Source of the DNA: a virus
Strand: one strand, 5' to 3'
IMG/VR virus record: IMGVR_UViG_3300026290_000001
DNA length: 64,000 bases
The stretch's first letter is position 1. The number at the start of each line of letters is the position of its first letter. Below, piece after piece: positions 28,264 through 38,385 of the stretch. The notes beneath the pieces are model-generated. The model saw only the letters and a program-made list of their open reading frames with translations. It ran no database searches and had not been told where the DNA came from. A program made the position numbers and the translations under genes.

Positions 28264-28776
28264 TTACACAACATCTATACCTCTAGTTTTTAAAGCACTT
28301 TTCATCGTTTGAACATGTAACCCTTTACTTCCAATTTCTTCTCGTGTATTCTTAATAAATGGTCTTGGTTTGCTCCAAGGATCATTCCCATATCCAAATT
28401 CTATATTATGTGCCAAACTTTCACCTAAATCAACACCACCATATCCACCATGATTGTATGCAAATGAATGATTAAAATCGGCATTATCAACAACTTCAAG
28501 TACTCCATCTTCAATTAAATGAGAATTCATTTGTCCTGTATCCCCAAGACCGAGTGAACCTTCAATAAAACCTCTACGTTTATACATAACTGGATTAGGA
28601 TATTTATCATAAACATCTGTTTTTACATGATCTGAAATTTTATCTTTAACCATTTCAGACATTTCTTTTTGAAGTGAAGAATTAACTTGTTGTGTAATAT
28701 ACTGCTCAAGTTGTTTTAAACTACTAAAGCTTTTACCCAATTTCCTCACCTTCACTTTGATTGCCATTTGCAACAT
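28264..28776 (-). CDS. hypothetical protein (head-tail region)
   Basis: 170-aa ORF in structural operon. Confidence 0.3.
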   Translation of the reverse strand: MLQMAIKVKVRKLGKSFSSLKQLEQYITQQVNSSLQKEMSEMVKDKISDHVKTDVYDKYPNPVMYKRRGFIEGSLGLGDTGQMNSHLIEDGVLEVVDNADFNHSFAYNHGGYGGVDLGESLAHNIEFGYGNDPWSKPRPFIKNTREEIGSKGLHVQTMKSALKTRGIDVV

Positions 28777-29371
28777 TCCACATATCCTTCAACATAGGTA
28801 ATTTATCCCAATCTAATTTATTTATATCTTTTACTAAACTTTTACTGAGACTTTTTATTTGCTTATCTGTGGGGAGTTTTTCAACCACTTTATCTAATTT
28901 ACTTGCCAATATTCCCTCAATACTATTATTTAACTTTATAATCTGAGTAAGTTCACAATCCACCAAATCCAATATAAATTCAACTTCAGTTATTGGTATT
29001 TGATTTAAAATCCTTTCTATCCCCACATTCTCACAAAGATAATCATAATCTTCAATAAGATTTTCTGAGAACTCGATATTAGTGTAATTCACCAATAATG
29101 AAACATCACTGGTTAATTTTTTATAAAAGTAATCTATTTTGCTTAAACCATTAATTTCATCTAAGACAATACAACTATCTATAATTTTATTTACTATTAA
29201 ATTTTTTTCTATAATGGATAAATACTGTTTAACTTCAAGCAGATCATCTACGAATTTACCTGCTTCAATTTGTTCTTTTATTTCTTGAACTAACATATTA
29301 AATACCTCCAATATATTTATTTTAATAATATATAAAAATCTCTGTGCGAGGCCACTCTTTGTCATAGCCAC
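28733..29371 (-). CDS. hypothetical protein
   Basis: 212-aa ORF in structural operon. Confidence 0.3.
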   Translation of the reverse strand: MAMTKSGLAQRFLYIIKINILEVFNMLVQEIKEQIEAGKFVDDLLEVKQYLSIIEKNLIVNKIIDSCIVLDEINGLSKIDYFYKKLTSDVSLLVNYTNIEFSENLIEDYDYLCENVGIERILNQIPITEVEFILDLVDCELTQIIKLNNSIEGILASKLDKVVEKLPTDKQIKSLSKSLVKDINKLDWDKLPMLKDMWNVANGNQSEGEEIG

Positions 29372-29768
29372 ATTTCAAAGTTAAACTTGTTAAATGTAAA
29401 GAATCATCATCAATTATTAATCCTGATTCAGCAATACCGTCTAAAATAAATTTAGGGACAGTATTGTCACAATCTTTACGGATTTTGGTTTTGAAGTAAC
29501 TAACAAATGTCATTTCACACTGTTCTATTTTTTTATTTGTAAGTTTGTTTTCTTCTACAAACCAGATTATGAAATCTTTCCATTTTTGTTTTAAATCATT
29601 CATTTGAGGACGTTTCATTATCATCCATTTATTGATAGATGGATGAGTAGGTTTATCAATAGGAATTTTTTTACGTTTTGGATATTTAGCAAAATAATAT
29701 TTATTGTATTTTTCTAAAACATTATTATCTATAATTAGTTTTATTTCTGAAATAATAAATTCCTCCAA
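29322..29768 (-). CDS. hypothetical protein
   Basis: 148-aa ORF in structural operon. Confidence 0.3.
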   Translation of the reverse strand: MEEFIISEIKLIIDNNVLEKYNKYYFAKYPKRKKIPIDKPTHPSINKWMIMKRPQMNDLKQKWKDFIIWFVEENKLTNKKIEQCEMTFVSYFKTKIRKDCDNTVPKFILDGIAESGLIIDDDSLHLTSLTLKCGYDKEWPRTEIFIYY

Positions 29769-29830
29769 ACAAAAAGAGAGATTATTTATAATTTCTAACC
29801 CCTCTTTATATATTAATTTATATTGTTGTT

Positions 29831-30793
29831 TTAAAACACCACATAACTCACACCACTACCAACAATTGCATCTTCACTACCACCAGCAAACGGTACTGGT
29901 TCACTTAAAATATCTAATGGGAAACCTGCTTGATAAGTACCAACCACAAATAATGCTGCTAATTCAGGGGTATTATTAATTATACTTTCTACATTACCTG
30001 GCATTATCTGGTCTGGATCGCCATCAACATTAGTAGGAGAAGTAATTGTTAATAAATTATTAGCAAAACCAACAGTCCCTTGTTGACTTATTCCCGTACC
30101 AGCAACTAATATCACCGAATAATCATTTCCACTTACACCTGCTGTTTTACAATTAATTACCATAGAACCACCTGTTGAACCTGTTACAGTTACACTTGCT
30201 GGAATGGCAAGTTGAGTATCAGCAAATCCTATAGTATCACCAATGGAAGATGTTATTGTTCTTATATATTCAGTGTTATCTACACTGAATTTTATTGTTT
30301 TTGTGTTAAGCGAATCTAATTCAAAATTTTTAGTTGAATCTATTAATGTTGAAGTTGTTCCTATAGAAGTAGATGTACCATGAAGAAGTGCAGTTTGAAT
30401 GGGAGTAGTTATGGTTGCGTTTAGATTAGTAGGGATATTGGTTATTAAACTTGCTCCTACATCAACTACACGACCTGTAATTTTTAATGTTCCTCCACTA
30501 ACGGCAGATACTCGACATCTTACTCCTGCAAAATGTGCTAAATCTATGACGAAAACCTGATTGGCATTACCTGTGACAGATGTAGCAATTGTTAATTCTG
30601 GTAATTTAACAGCAGGAATAGGAAACCAATTAGGTGTAGATGAACCATCACAACCTTCAAAATGTACAGTATAATTAGCCGAACTAATAATATAAACCGC
30701 CATTTGATTGTTTCTACCTGTTTTAAAAGTTACTCCATTACCTGTAGTTGTTACATTATCTTGGAAAATCCAAGAGTTTGTTTGTACGTTCAT
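29831..30793 (-). CDS. putative major tail structural protein
   Basis: 320 aa, Thr/Gly/Ser-rich beta-type composition; preceded by strong RBS AAGGAGG and an unusual CA-rich leader. Confidence 0.35.
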   Translation of the reverse strand: MNVQTNSWIFQDNVTTTGNGVTFKTGRNNQMAVYIISSANYTVHFEGCDGSSTPNWFPIPAVKLPELTIATSVTGNANQVFVIDLAHFAGVRCRVSAVSGGTLKITGRVVDVGASLITNIPTNLNATITTPIQTALLHGTSTSIGTTSTLIDSTKNFELDSLNTKTIKFSVDNTEYIRTITSSIGDTIGFADTQLAIPASVTVTGSTGGSMVINCKTAGVSGNDYSVILVAGTGISQQGTVGFANNLLTITSPTNVDGDPDQIMPGNVESIINNTPELAALFVVGTYQAGFPLDILSEPVPFAGGSEDAIVGSGVSYVVF

Positions 30794-30960
30794 TTTATTT
30801 GCCTCCTTTTGATTTATGGATTTATGTTGTTTTGAGTGGTTGGTTGATTGATTGGTTAGTTAGTTGGTTGATTTGATTGGTTGAATGATAGTTGATTTGA
30901 TTTGATTTGATTGTTATTTGAGTGATAGTTGAAAGGTTAATAAAATAGGGTAGATACTGT
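30794..30960 (-). promoter_or_regulatory. CA-rich, G-free 5' leader with CAA/CAAT repeats upstream of 29831-30793
   Basis: Plus strand contains essentially only G/T/A (minus strand transcript C/A/U only) with tandem (CAA/CAAAT)n-like repeats. Confidence 0.4.
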
Positions 30961-30982
30961 AGGAATGTATCTACCCATGTGA

Positions 30983-31273
30983 TTATTTTTGTGGAATAAT
31001 TTTGTCAAATGTTTTCATTGTTTCTTTTATTGTTTCTTTTACCATTTCCTTTTCTTCTGAAAAATCTACATCAACCCAATCGCAATTTTGGGGAGAAAAA
31101 AGCATTTGAATATACCAGATATCCGAGTCTTTAACATGTTCCATATAATTACCATCTGTAAAATAAAAACCTTTTTTATCTTTACCTATGGTGTAGATTC
31201 TATCCATATAAAGACCAGGGGGTGGGGCGGCAGGACAAGTATAAGTTAATTTAACTTCATTGTATTTCATCAT
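30983..31273 (-). CDS. hypothetical protein
   Basis: 96-aa ORF; followed downstream by hairpin GGGTAGATAC..GTATCTACCC plus T-run. Confidence 0.3.
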   Translation of the reverse strand: MMKYNEVKLTYTCPAAPPPGLYMDRIYTIGKDKKGFYFTDGNYMEHVKDSDIWYIQMLFSPQNCDWVDVDFSEEKEMVKETIKETMKTFDKIIPQK

Positions 31274-31339
31274 TTCGGAATCACCTCTTTTAAATTATAG
31301 GAGATTATGTAAAGACATAACCTCCTATAAAAACTATAA

Positions 31340-32095
31340 TTAAACTTCTACATAATGCATCATATCACCAGTTGAATCAGCGAGAATATCCCATTCAATC
31401 GATAATCTTGCTACGTTATCTGCGTCCATAGTAAGAGATACATTAGATTTTGGCTTAACATTTAATAATTGATACTGTACAAATGTATCAACCTGATTTG
31501 TTCCACGAACAGCACTATCAGCATAAATAGTATAACCACCAGGGAAACTTACATTATCAACGGTAAATGTATTATGAGTTCCTTCTAACATATAATAACA
31601 TACTACTTTTCCTGCGGTTGAAAATGTAGTCGGATTAAAAGTTAAGGCTTTATCTGTTATAGAATACTTATCTTCAGCACTTGCTGGAGTTCCTGCTGTT
31701 TGTTCAGCGTCATGGGTAATACCATCACTATTTAATTTAAAAATAACTAGACTACCAGCTTTGGGAAGTTCAGTTAATGATGCACCTCCACCACCGGCTT
31801 GAACATTTAAAACTTCACGTTTTGCTACAGGCATAGTTTTATTAGACATAGTTGTTCCGAAGAGCAAAGATAACCATTTAAGTTCAAAAACTTCCATCTC
31901 TGTCTTAAATGTACCCTCTCTCTGTTTATCCCATCTAATAGCTTTTGTAGTCTTATTGTAAGCATAAACGGAATCAGCAGTAAAATCTATTGAACTTGTT
32001 TTGGCGTAATCAGCATAAAGAACTGGTTTTAATCCACCACCAGCAACTTGTTCATATACATGAAGATTGGCCGCATCTTTAATACCATATAGCAT
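31340..32095 (-). CDS. putative tail structural protein
   Basis: 251 aa, beta-rich composition, position in tail morphogenesis block. Confidence 0.3.
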   Translation of the reverse strand: MLYGIKDAANLHVYEQVAGGGLKPVLYADYAKTSSIDFTADSVYAYNKTTKAIRWDKQREGTFKTEMEVFELKWLSLLFGTTMSNKTMPVAKREVLNVQAGGGGASLTELPKAGSLVIFKLNSDGITHDAEQTAGTPASAEDKYSITDKALTFNPTTFSTAGKVVCYYMLEGTHNTFTVDNVSFPGGYTIYADSAVRGTNQVDTFVQYQLLNVKPKSNVSLTMDADNVARLSIEWDILADSTGDMMHYVEV

Positions 32096-32165
32096 ATTAT
32101 AAATTCCTCCTTTAATTATTTTTGTTTAATAAAAAGAGTAGATAATAGAAATCCAATCCTTACAT

Positions 32166-32885
32166 CTATTCTTTATATTGATAATTTAACTTTAATAAAT
32201 CAGTCCAATGTTTATTTTCAATTAATGATTTTTCACCACTAACTAAATAGATTCTAAAATGATCATTATAAGTACTAATTCCCATTATCGAACTATAGCA
32301 ATTTATTATTCTCCAAATAGTCCACTTTTTTATTTCTTCAATCGGAATATAACTTCTCCCACCAAACTCACAATAGTTTATTATATCTTCTAATTTAACC
32401 TCATTATTTTTAGCATTTCTACGTCTACCTTCTTGAAGTTTTTCCCATATATCTCTTTGTCTATCATTTTTAAATACAGGTTTTTTCTCTTTTACTGGTC
32501 TTTCCCTACCACATATTTTTAATATAATCTCGGCAAATTCATCAAAATTATTTTTATTCAATCTACCTTTAAACCCATCAAAAAAAATACCTTGTTCATC
32601 AACATCGAATTTATTCTTACAGAAAAACTCTAAAGATAAAAATAAGAAACTTACAACATCCTGTGAACTACACAATAAATCAAAAGTGTTTAATCCTTCT
32701 TTTTCTTCCTCTGTTATCTCATCATCAAATAAACTATCAACTGTTATATAATAGGGAAGTAGTAACTTCTCAAATTCTTCAAGACGATAATCTAATATTT
32801 CTTCAAAACTTGGTTGATAAATCATACAAATATCATAAAAAGGAATTGGTTTCTGTAATTTAAGATAAAGATTTAAATTTTCCAT
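32166..32885 (-). CDS. hypothetical protein
   Basis: 239-aa ORF. Confidence 0.3.
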   Translation of the reverse strand: MENLNLYLKLQKPIPFYDICMIYQPSFEEILDYRLEEFEKLLLPYYITVDSLFDDEITEEEKEGLNTFDLLCSSQDVVSFLFLSLEFFCKNKFDVDEQGIFFDGFKGRLNKNNFDEFAEIILKICGRERPVKEKKPVFKNDRQRDIWEKLQEGRRRNAKNNEVKLEDIINYCEFGGRSYIPIEEIKKWTIWRIINCYSSIMGISTYNDHFRIYLVSGEKSLIENKHWTDLLKLNYQYKE

Positions 32886-32899
32886 ATTCTCACTTACTT

Positions 32900-33376
32900 T
32901 TATTGAAATTCCGTAGACCTGTACCCAATATATGCACCTGAATAATAATCATTTACAGAAAAATCTGCCATATCATAAAATTCTAATTTCCCTAAACCAA
33001 TATCTCTTGAATAATTCATTAATTCATCAATCTGATTTATTAAGAAATCATACCTTAAAAAACCATGATCTGTTTTAATCAAAGAATTATGAGAAATCAC
33101 GTAAAAATAAATAGATCCATTTTTATAAGACATACCTTTTGCTCTATAATTAAAAGATGTTGTTATGAATGTTTTAGGTGTTGTTTCAATAGTGGGTATG
33201 TACTTGTATGGATATATATTTTCGTAAATTAAACTACTGGCATCGAAATCTTCTGGTAAAGGTATATCTAAAAAATTAGATTCATTATTAACCAAGCATT
33301 TTACAATTTCTTGATCTTCAATTAATTTTGAAAGAATAATATATTTATTTGTACTAAGTTCAGCAAATCGTCCCAT
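32900..33376 (-). CDS. hypothetical protein
   Basis: 158-aa ORF. Confidence 0.3.
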   Translation of the reverse strand: MGRFAELSTNKYIILSKLIEDQEIVKCLVNNESNFLDIPLPEDFDASSLIYENIYPYKYIPTIETTPKTFITTSFNYRAKGMSYKNGSIYFYVISHNSLIKTDHGFLRYDFLINQIDELMNYSRDIGLGKLEFYDMADFSVNDYYSGAYIGYRSTEFQ

Positions 33377-33393
33377 TAGATACCCCCCTTTAC

Positions 33394-34566
33394 CTAAAAT
33401 AAATTCCTTATCATAATTCTAAATGCTGGTGTTACAAGACTTCCGCTTTCATTCCTTGCAAAAAGCTTTACATATCCAATAGTACTTCCAGCAGTTATCA
33501 CACAACTATCAGTATCATAACTTGATATAGTTGCTAAATTTGTATTACTCACACCATCATCACTTTTTAGATAAAATAGCATATCTCCAGGCACAATAAT
33601 TCCATTATCACGAACAATACAATTATAATTAGATGATTTACCTTTTATAATTGAATCACTTCCAATAATTTCTGCTGTAATATTGTGTTGGACTTCTTCA
33701 ACCACGGTTACGGTAATACTATCACTTACCCCATTGGCACTTGCAGTTATTGTACAACCACCTGTTTTTATAGCAGTTACCAAACCTGTACTGCTAACTG
33801 TGCAAATTCCTTCGTTTGAACTGATATAGGATAGGGCAGGGGAGGGAGATAATAAAAATTCATTATCATATACATTTACATTAAGTTGAAGGGTATCACC
33901 ATCTTGAAGATTTATGGTTGATCCGTTAAGGATTTCTATAGTGTAAGTGTGAGTTATAACTTCTTCAATGCAATATTCCATTTTTAATACTATTAGACCA
34001 GGCATGACTAAACGATTTATATCAATAACTCTATAATTATCATTTGATATAGAAAATACTTCGCCACGTTCAATCAAAGAAGTTATATTATCATTTTTAA
34101 TATAAACAATAATACTTGACTCAGGTATTGTTAAATATTTATTACTGTTATATCCCATTGAATATAAACGAACATTACCATCTATTACAACGGGATAATT
34201 ATATACAGTATTGTTTTTGTTTAAAGTTATATTTTGTGATGATAAATAAACTGTCCCAAATTCATAAACTGGATTAGTATCATCTATTCCAATGCACAAC
34301 CATGTTTTATTATCAAAAACAATTTTGTCCCCAACACTGATACTATCACCAGGTTTCATTAATACTTTTTTAATAAAATAATCATCAGTATCAATTACTT
34401 GTATGTCAGTTGTAAATATTGAATCATTAAAATATGCTGAACGATAGGATGGATTACTACTAAAATCTTTTGTTATAGAATTTTTCATATAATCAATTTG
34501 CCTATCGTTTATAGTATAACCATTGATTTTCAATTTTCGTTCATATAAATCCCAATTTGTAGTCAA
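33394..34566 (-). CDS. structural protein with bacterial Ig-like (Big_2-like) domain
   Basis: C-terminal region ...GICTVSSTGLVTAIKTGGCTITASANGVSDSITVTVV resembles Big_2 Ig-like domains. Confidence 0.4.
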   Translation of the reverse strand: MTTNWDLYERKLKINGYTINDRQIDYMKNSITKDFSSNPSYRSAYFNDSIFTTDIQVIDTDDYFIKKVLMKPGDSISVGDKIVFDNKTWLCIGIDDTNPVYEFGTVYLSSQNITLNKNNTVYNYPVVIDGNVRLYSMGYNSNKYLTIPESSIIVYIKNDNITSLIERGEVFSISNDNYRVIDINRLVMPGLIVLKMEYCIEEVITHTYTIEILNGSTINLQDGDTLQLNVNVYDNEFLLSPSPALSYISSNEGICTVSSTGLVTAIKTGGCTITASANGVSDSITVTVVEEVQHNITAEIIGSDSIIKGKSSNYNCIVRDNGIIVPGDMLFYLKSDDGVSNTNLATISSYDTDSCVITAGSTIGYVKLFARNESGSLVTPAFRIMIRNLF

Positions 34567-34590
34567 TAATCCACCCCCTTTTCATTTATT

Positions 34591-35124
34591 TTAATAAGCC
34601 TCAGGAATAAACTTTTTCCAAACAACTGTCGATTCAGAACCTTCTTTTTCACACCAGTAGTAATGTGGTGAAGCATAAACTACCACATTTCTCAACATAC
34701 TTGGAGTACCTAAAGAACCACTGGATAGTTTTTCTACATCATCTCCCCAAGATGCATTAGTGCAGTCTTCCGCAACTGCAACATCATTTCCGTCAGTACC
34801 TATAGTTTTATATTCAACCACAACAGTATCATCTTCTTTAGATGCTACAGCAGTTACTAATACAGAATTAGCATTTATAGCTTTTGCCAATTCTTCAACT
34901 GCCTTATCTGCTGTTAAAGTTTCTCCTAAAACAACTGCAATGTTTCCTTCTTGAGCATTCTCAGCAGCAACAACAAATTCATAAATTTCCGTTCCTCCGA
35001 TAGTAACTGTTTCTGCTACTACGGGAATTCCTTTAAAAGTAAGAGTAGCAGTAGCCTTGTGTGGATTTGTTGGGTGTTCTTCGCTAAACCATTTCTCCTG
35101 CAATTGCAAAGTTCCATATGCCAA
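34591..35124 (-). CDS. hypothetical head/neck protein
   Basis: 177-aa ORF, Ala/Val/Glu-rich. Confidence 0.3.
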   Translation of the reverse strand: MAYGTLQLQEKWFSEEHPTNPHKATATLTFKGIPVVAETVTIGGTEIYEFVVAAENAQEGNIAVVLGETLTADKAVEELAKAINANSVLVTAVASKEDDTVVVEYKTIGTDGNDVAVAEDCTNASWGDDVEKLSSGSLGTPSMLRNVVVYASPHYYWCEKEGSESTVVWKKFIPEAY

Positions 35125-35149
35125 AATTAATTACCTCCTTTTCTTTATA

Positions 35150-35190
35150 AATAAAAAGGAGAGGGAAGGTTATTATCCTTCAAATTCTCC
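35150..35190 (-). terminator. terminator-like hairpin (repeated element, second copy at 39373-39404)
   Basis: GGAGAGGGAAGG..CCTTC..TCTCC stem followed by T-run on minus strand. Confidence 0.35.
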
Positions 35191-35193
35191 TAG

Positions 35194-35514
35194 CTAGTTA
35201 TATTTATTTATCAATTTCTTAATAATATTAATACTCTTAAATACTTCTCGTTTTATCTCACTATGAGAATATTGATTTTCAGACAACGCTTGCAATGTTG
35301 CTATTAAAGATAAAAAACTAGCATCTTTTTTTAACTTCAAAATCAAATCCTTACTGCCCGTCAACTCAAGAATAAGACTATCCAAATATGATTTTAAAGT
35401 TTCTGGTTCTGACTCACTTATTGGAAGGATTTTGTACACACGACCAATCAAGAAATTCAGATAATTTAGAAAGAATTCATTGTCAATAATATTATCAATA
35501 TGTACTTTAACCAT
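35194..35514 (-). CDS. hypothetical protein
   Basis: 106-aa ORF. Confidence 0.3.
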   Translation of the reverse strand: MVKVHIDNIIDNEFFLNYLNFLIGRVYKILPISESEPETLKSYLDSLILELTGSKDLILKLKKDASFLSLIATLQALSENQYSHSEIKREVFKSINIIKKLINKYN

Positions 35515-35969
35515 TATGAATCACCATAGGTATATAAAGTATAATCTACTATCATCCTTGAAATCTCTTTATCTAGTTCTTGTGCTAAAACCGTAAGTCT
35601 CAATAAATGTTCTGCCTGGGACGTTAATTTGAAATCCTTCGTTGTCATCCTTTGTTGCAATAATTCAAGATTATAAATCTTATCATTCAACCAATATTTT
35701 CTCATTATTGTAGCAAGAATTAATTTTTCTTCTTCTGTAAGAGTTTCATTAAATTTACCTTCAATTGCTTCTCCAGTTTCACTTTCATCTTCACTAACTG
35801 GTTCAACCCTATCATTTAAATCTTTCTCACATGCTTTAAACCTTGTTATTGCCTTTAATAGTAATCCGTGTAAAATATCATCTCTTTCAGATTCCGTAAA
35901 ATCTAAAAGAGAATCATCTTTTATATCACTAAGAAACATATTATATATTTCAGAATATAGTGAGGACAT
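35514..35969 (-). CDS. hypothetical protein
   Basis: 151-aa ORF. Confidence 0.3.
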   Translation of the reverse strand: MSSLYSEIYNMFLSDIKDDSLLDFTESERDDILHGLLLKAITRFKACEKDLNDRVEPVSEDESETGEAIEGKFNETLTEEEKLILATIMRKYWLNDKIYNLELLQQRMTTKDFKLTSQAEHLLRLTVLAQELDKEISRMIVDYTLYTYGDS

Positions 35970-35983
35970 TATCTTTGCCCCCT

Positions 35984-36736
35984 TTATTTAATGTTGATAA
36001 AATTGTCAACAGGTTTACCTTCAGGTTGTAAAAGAATATCCAATTCAATACCCATTGATTCTTCGATATAATTCTTTATTTTAATAGAATCCAATTCACC
36101 ACTTTTAATCATTTTTGCCGCTTGTTCGACCACTGAATTCTTATATCCACTAGGTAATTTATCAAACTTTTTCTTAAATGAATTAAAATCAAGTCTTAAA
36201 ATATCAGATACATTATTCAATCCAAGAATTTCTTCATAATGTTTGAAAATGTTTGCATATTTCAAAATTTCAATTTCATCATCTTCTATTACTCTAATCC
36301 AAGGCTCTCGTATAAATCTTGAGTCAGTATTTTTAAGATCAATAAATTCACCAAGTTCTATATTATTTGTATCTCCAGGGTTTTCCCAAACAATTTTATA
36401 ACCAATTTTACGTTTGGATTTATAAATCAATCTACCACTGGATATATTTTTTAAGCAAATCATACGATTAAGATCTGGTTTCCAAGGTTCTTCTTTTGGT
36501 TGGATATTTTTTTTAGATGTTTGAGAAGGTTTAGATTCAAGTTGGGAAGTATCGGTATTCAATTCTAAACTTTTTTTAATTCCTTCTACCTGTTCATCAT
36601 CTAGTTTAGTCATGTGACTTTTTACTTCATATCCTAAATCTTGTGCTGTTTCAATAATCTTTTTATTCTCAATATCTAGTTCCTTTGCCAATTCAAATAC
36701 TTTCATATTAAAATTTACTCCTCTCATTCTTTGCAA
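35984..36736 (-). CDS. hypothetical protein
   Basis: 250-aa ORF. Confidence 0.3.
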   Translation of the reverse strand: MQRMRGVNFNMKVFELAKELDIENKKIIETAQDLGYEVKSHMTKLDDEQVEGIKKSLELNTDTSQLESKPSQTSKKNIQPKEEPWKPDLNRMICLKNISSGRLIYKSKRKIGYKIVWENPGDTNNIELGEFIDLKNTDSRFIREPWIRVIEDDEIEILKYANIFKHYEEILGLNNVSDILRLDFNSFKKKFDKLPSGYKNSVVEQAAKMIKSGELDSIKIKNYIEESMGIELDILLQPEGKPVDNFINIK

Positions 36737-36761
36737 TTAAAAAGAGGGGATTAACCCCTCT
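36733..36761 (-). terminator. intrinsic terminator after putative major capsid gene
   Basis: Stem AGAGGGG-ttaa-CCCCTCT followed on minus strand by TTTTTAATT. Confidence 0.5.
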
Positions 36762-36802
36762 AAATAATTACTATAAAATTATATTGATAATTTATAATTT
36801 AA

Positions 36803-37801
36803 TTAGTCAGATATTTGATATCTGCCATAAAGGTCAGTAATTACAATACCAGTACCGTACCGAGTAGCTGCAAAGTAATCTTGGGTCAAATCTTGGTTGG
36901 CAAGTGCATCACCACTGATAATTCTCATTTCACCTTCGGTTACAAATTTTACAGGTTTTGCATCAACGGATACTATATAAAGATCACTTTCAGAAAGTTT
37001 GAAATTATATGTACCAACGGTGTGAACCTGTTTGATTCTCATCATAGGAGTACCATTAAAGTTACCATAATAACCCATTTTGTACATATCATCTTTTGCA
37101 GCATCAGCTATAATAGCAGTAGTTACTTTCCGTAGTGCTTTTCTAGTTCCTGCAATCATGGCAGATTTGCCAGTGGCGGCTTCAACGTGTTCAATTACAT
37201 CAAGTAAATCTTCTTCATCAAAAGAACCATTGTCGGTGAATCCAGCAGGTAAACCAGAGAAAGCACCAGTGAAAGCGGTGTAAATATCATCGTTAATTTT
37301 CAGTTTGAAAGCCTTATCTAATGCTTCAAGCATTTCGTTAAAGTCTACACGTCCGGCGAGTAAACGAGAAAGATGTTCGTATATTTTGATGCCTTTCCAA
37401 GAGGTGGTGATAGAAACATTAGTTCCAACATCTAAACGCTGTCTACGTAGAGATTGAGTTCCATCGGCAATTTCTGAAATTACCAACATGGTGCGGTCTG
37501 GCGCATAGAAACTATTCTGATCACCAAGGGCAAGGTTCTTATATTCCACAAAATTTTCAAAGAAATTATCATCAGGAAGTCCTTCAAGGACAGTGTTTTG
37601 AAGAATCTCTTCTAATATTTCAAACATTGCTACGCCATTTCTACGGAATGATTTATAATCCAATTTGGTAGAACCACCATTGAGTTCTATAAAATGTTGG
37701 CGCAATGCCTCTGTTGCATCGGATTTACTAAATTTATCATGTGAAAATTTATTTTTATAAATATCTTTCGCTAATTTTACCAAAGTTTTATTATCTTCCA
37801 T
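36803..37801 (-). CDS. putative major capsid protein
   Basis: 332 aa, position downstream of portal/protease block, strong RBS, followed by strong terminator. Confidence 0.45.
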   Translation of the reverse strand: MEDNKTLVKLAKDIYKNKFSHDKFSKSDATEALRQHFIELNGGSTKLDYKSFRRNGVAMFEILEEILQNTVLEGLPDDNFFENFVEYKNLALGDQNSFYAPDRTMLVISEIADGTQSLRRQRLDVGTNVSITTSWKGIKIYEHLSRLLAGRVDFNEMLEALDKAFKLKINDDIYTAFTGAFSGLPAGFTDNGSFDEEDLLDVIEHVEAATGKSAMIAGTRKALRKVTTAIIADAAKDDMYKMGYYGNFNGTPMMRIKQVHTVGTYNFKLSESDLYIVSVDAKPVKFVTEGEMRIISGDALANQDLTQDYFAATRYGTGIVITDLYGRYQISD

Positions 37802-37838
37802 TTAATTTATTCCTCCTTTATTTATATTAATAGATTAA

Positions 37839-38369
37839 TTATCTAACACTAATCATCTCTACCACATTAAGATACTTCGAACCATTGTAGATTTCTCTTG
37901 CAATGATTTTTCCATAGAAAACTTCACTCTTAGCAATGTTGGCTACTTCTGCCCACTTAACACCTGTGGCGTCAGGAGCAACATAGGAATTAACTGCGGG
38001 GATGCCACTACCACTGCTAATCGGAGTAATGCAATCATCGCTGATACTAAAAGTGTCACCAACTTCAAGAGGTATTAGAGTAATATTCGCACCTGCGGCA
38101 TTTTGAAACTTGTCTAATGCCTGACCAGATTTCGTTGATTCATCATAGATGATTTCTGGACTGGCTACAAGGTAACAATTAGGAGTAGTTTCACCCCCAG
38201 GTGCCACACACTTCCAGAGTTCTCTTTCTCCCGTAATTAGGGAATGCAATTTTACGATACATCCATTGTCAATAGCAGTAGGATCAGCACCTACATAGTA
38301 CCGTCCACTCTTGATATTACCTGCTTTAGTAGCCTTGATTGCGTCTGTTCTTACGATTCCGTATGCCAT
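37839..38369 (-). CDS. hypothetical head protein (scaffold/decoration candidate)
   Basis: 176-aa ORF immediately upstream of capsid gene. Confidence 0.3.
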   Translation of the reverse strand: MAYGIVRTDAIKATKAGNIKSGRYYVGADPTAIDNGCIVKLHSLITGERELWKCVAPGGETTPNCYLVASPEIIYDESTKSGQALDKFQNAAGANITLIPLEVGDTFSISDDCITPISSGSGIPAVNSYVAPDATGVKWAEVANIAKSEVFYGKIIAREIYNGSKYLNVVEMISVR

Positions 38370-38385
38370 ATTATAAATTCCTCCT

